From a virus: a DNA stretch of 64,000 bases. The translations under genes and the position numbers were made by a program. The stretch is from positions 27,748 to 91,747 of the IMG/VR virus record IMGVR_UViG_3300050343_000150; one strand, given 5' to 3'. The notes beneath the pieces were generated by a model. That model was given only the letters and a program-made list of their open reading frames with translations. It did not search any database and had not been told where the DNA came from. This document shows, piece by piece, positions 63,963 to 64,000 of this stretch (positions within the stretch are counted from its first letter, which is position 1; every line of letters begins with the position of its first letter).

Positions 63963-64000
63963 ATGGCGTGGCAGGAAATATTGAAAGCGTCAAATTTTCT
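63963..64000 (+). CDS. Start of another tagged protein (runs off window)
   Basis: MAWQEILKASNF; GGAG upstream. Confidence 0.5.
   Translation, partial: MAWQEILKASNF

Overview
About 64 kb of a tailed dsDNA virus of archaea, most consistent with a marine Group II Euryarchaeota (Poseidoniales) 'magrovirus'-type genome; the host assignment is inferred from gene content, not demonstrated. Layout: (1) 1-13.5 kb, + strand: two giant modular tail-fibre/adhesin genes and a fibre chaperone. (2) 13.7-42.1 kb, - strand: an archaeal-type replication/repair module (DnaQ-like exonuclease, MCM-like ATPase, ERCC4 nuclease, primase, Cas4-like nuclease, split PolB, PCNA, RecA-fold ATPase, SSB, RFC, UV glycosylase, ATP ligase, PC4, TFB, class II RNR). 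Interspersed in it is an apparent ubiquitin-like conjugation set: Ubl ending GG-C, E1/ThiF, JAB protease and a candidate E2. (3) 42.1-42.7 kb: AT-rich divergence point with iteron-like repeats. (4) 42.7-47.4 kb, + strand: seven units, each headed by a palindrome, a covarying hairpin and a TATA-like box, driving small ORFs and at least two candidate large structured RNAs. (5) 47.5-64 kb, + strand: a late/head module (terminase, LAGLIDADG protein, portal) in which about 15 unrelated proteins share a short 'SWxx(I/L/V)(L/I/V)K' peptide, a candidate capsid-packaging tag. Several essential genes carry clustered single-base frameshifts that look like sequencing or assembly indels, so their coordinates are approximate. 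All family calls come from motif recognition by eye; no database search was run.
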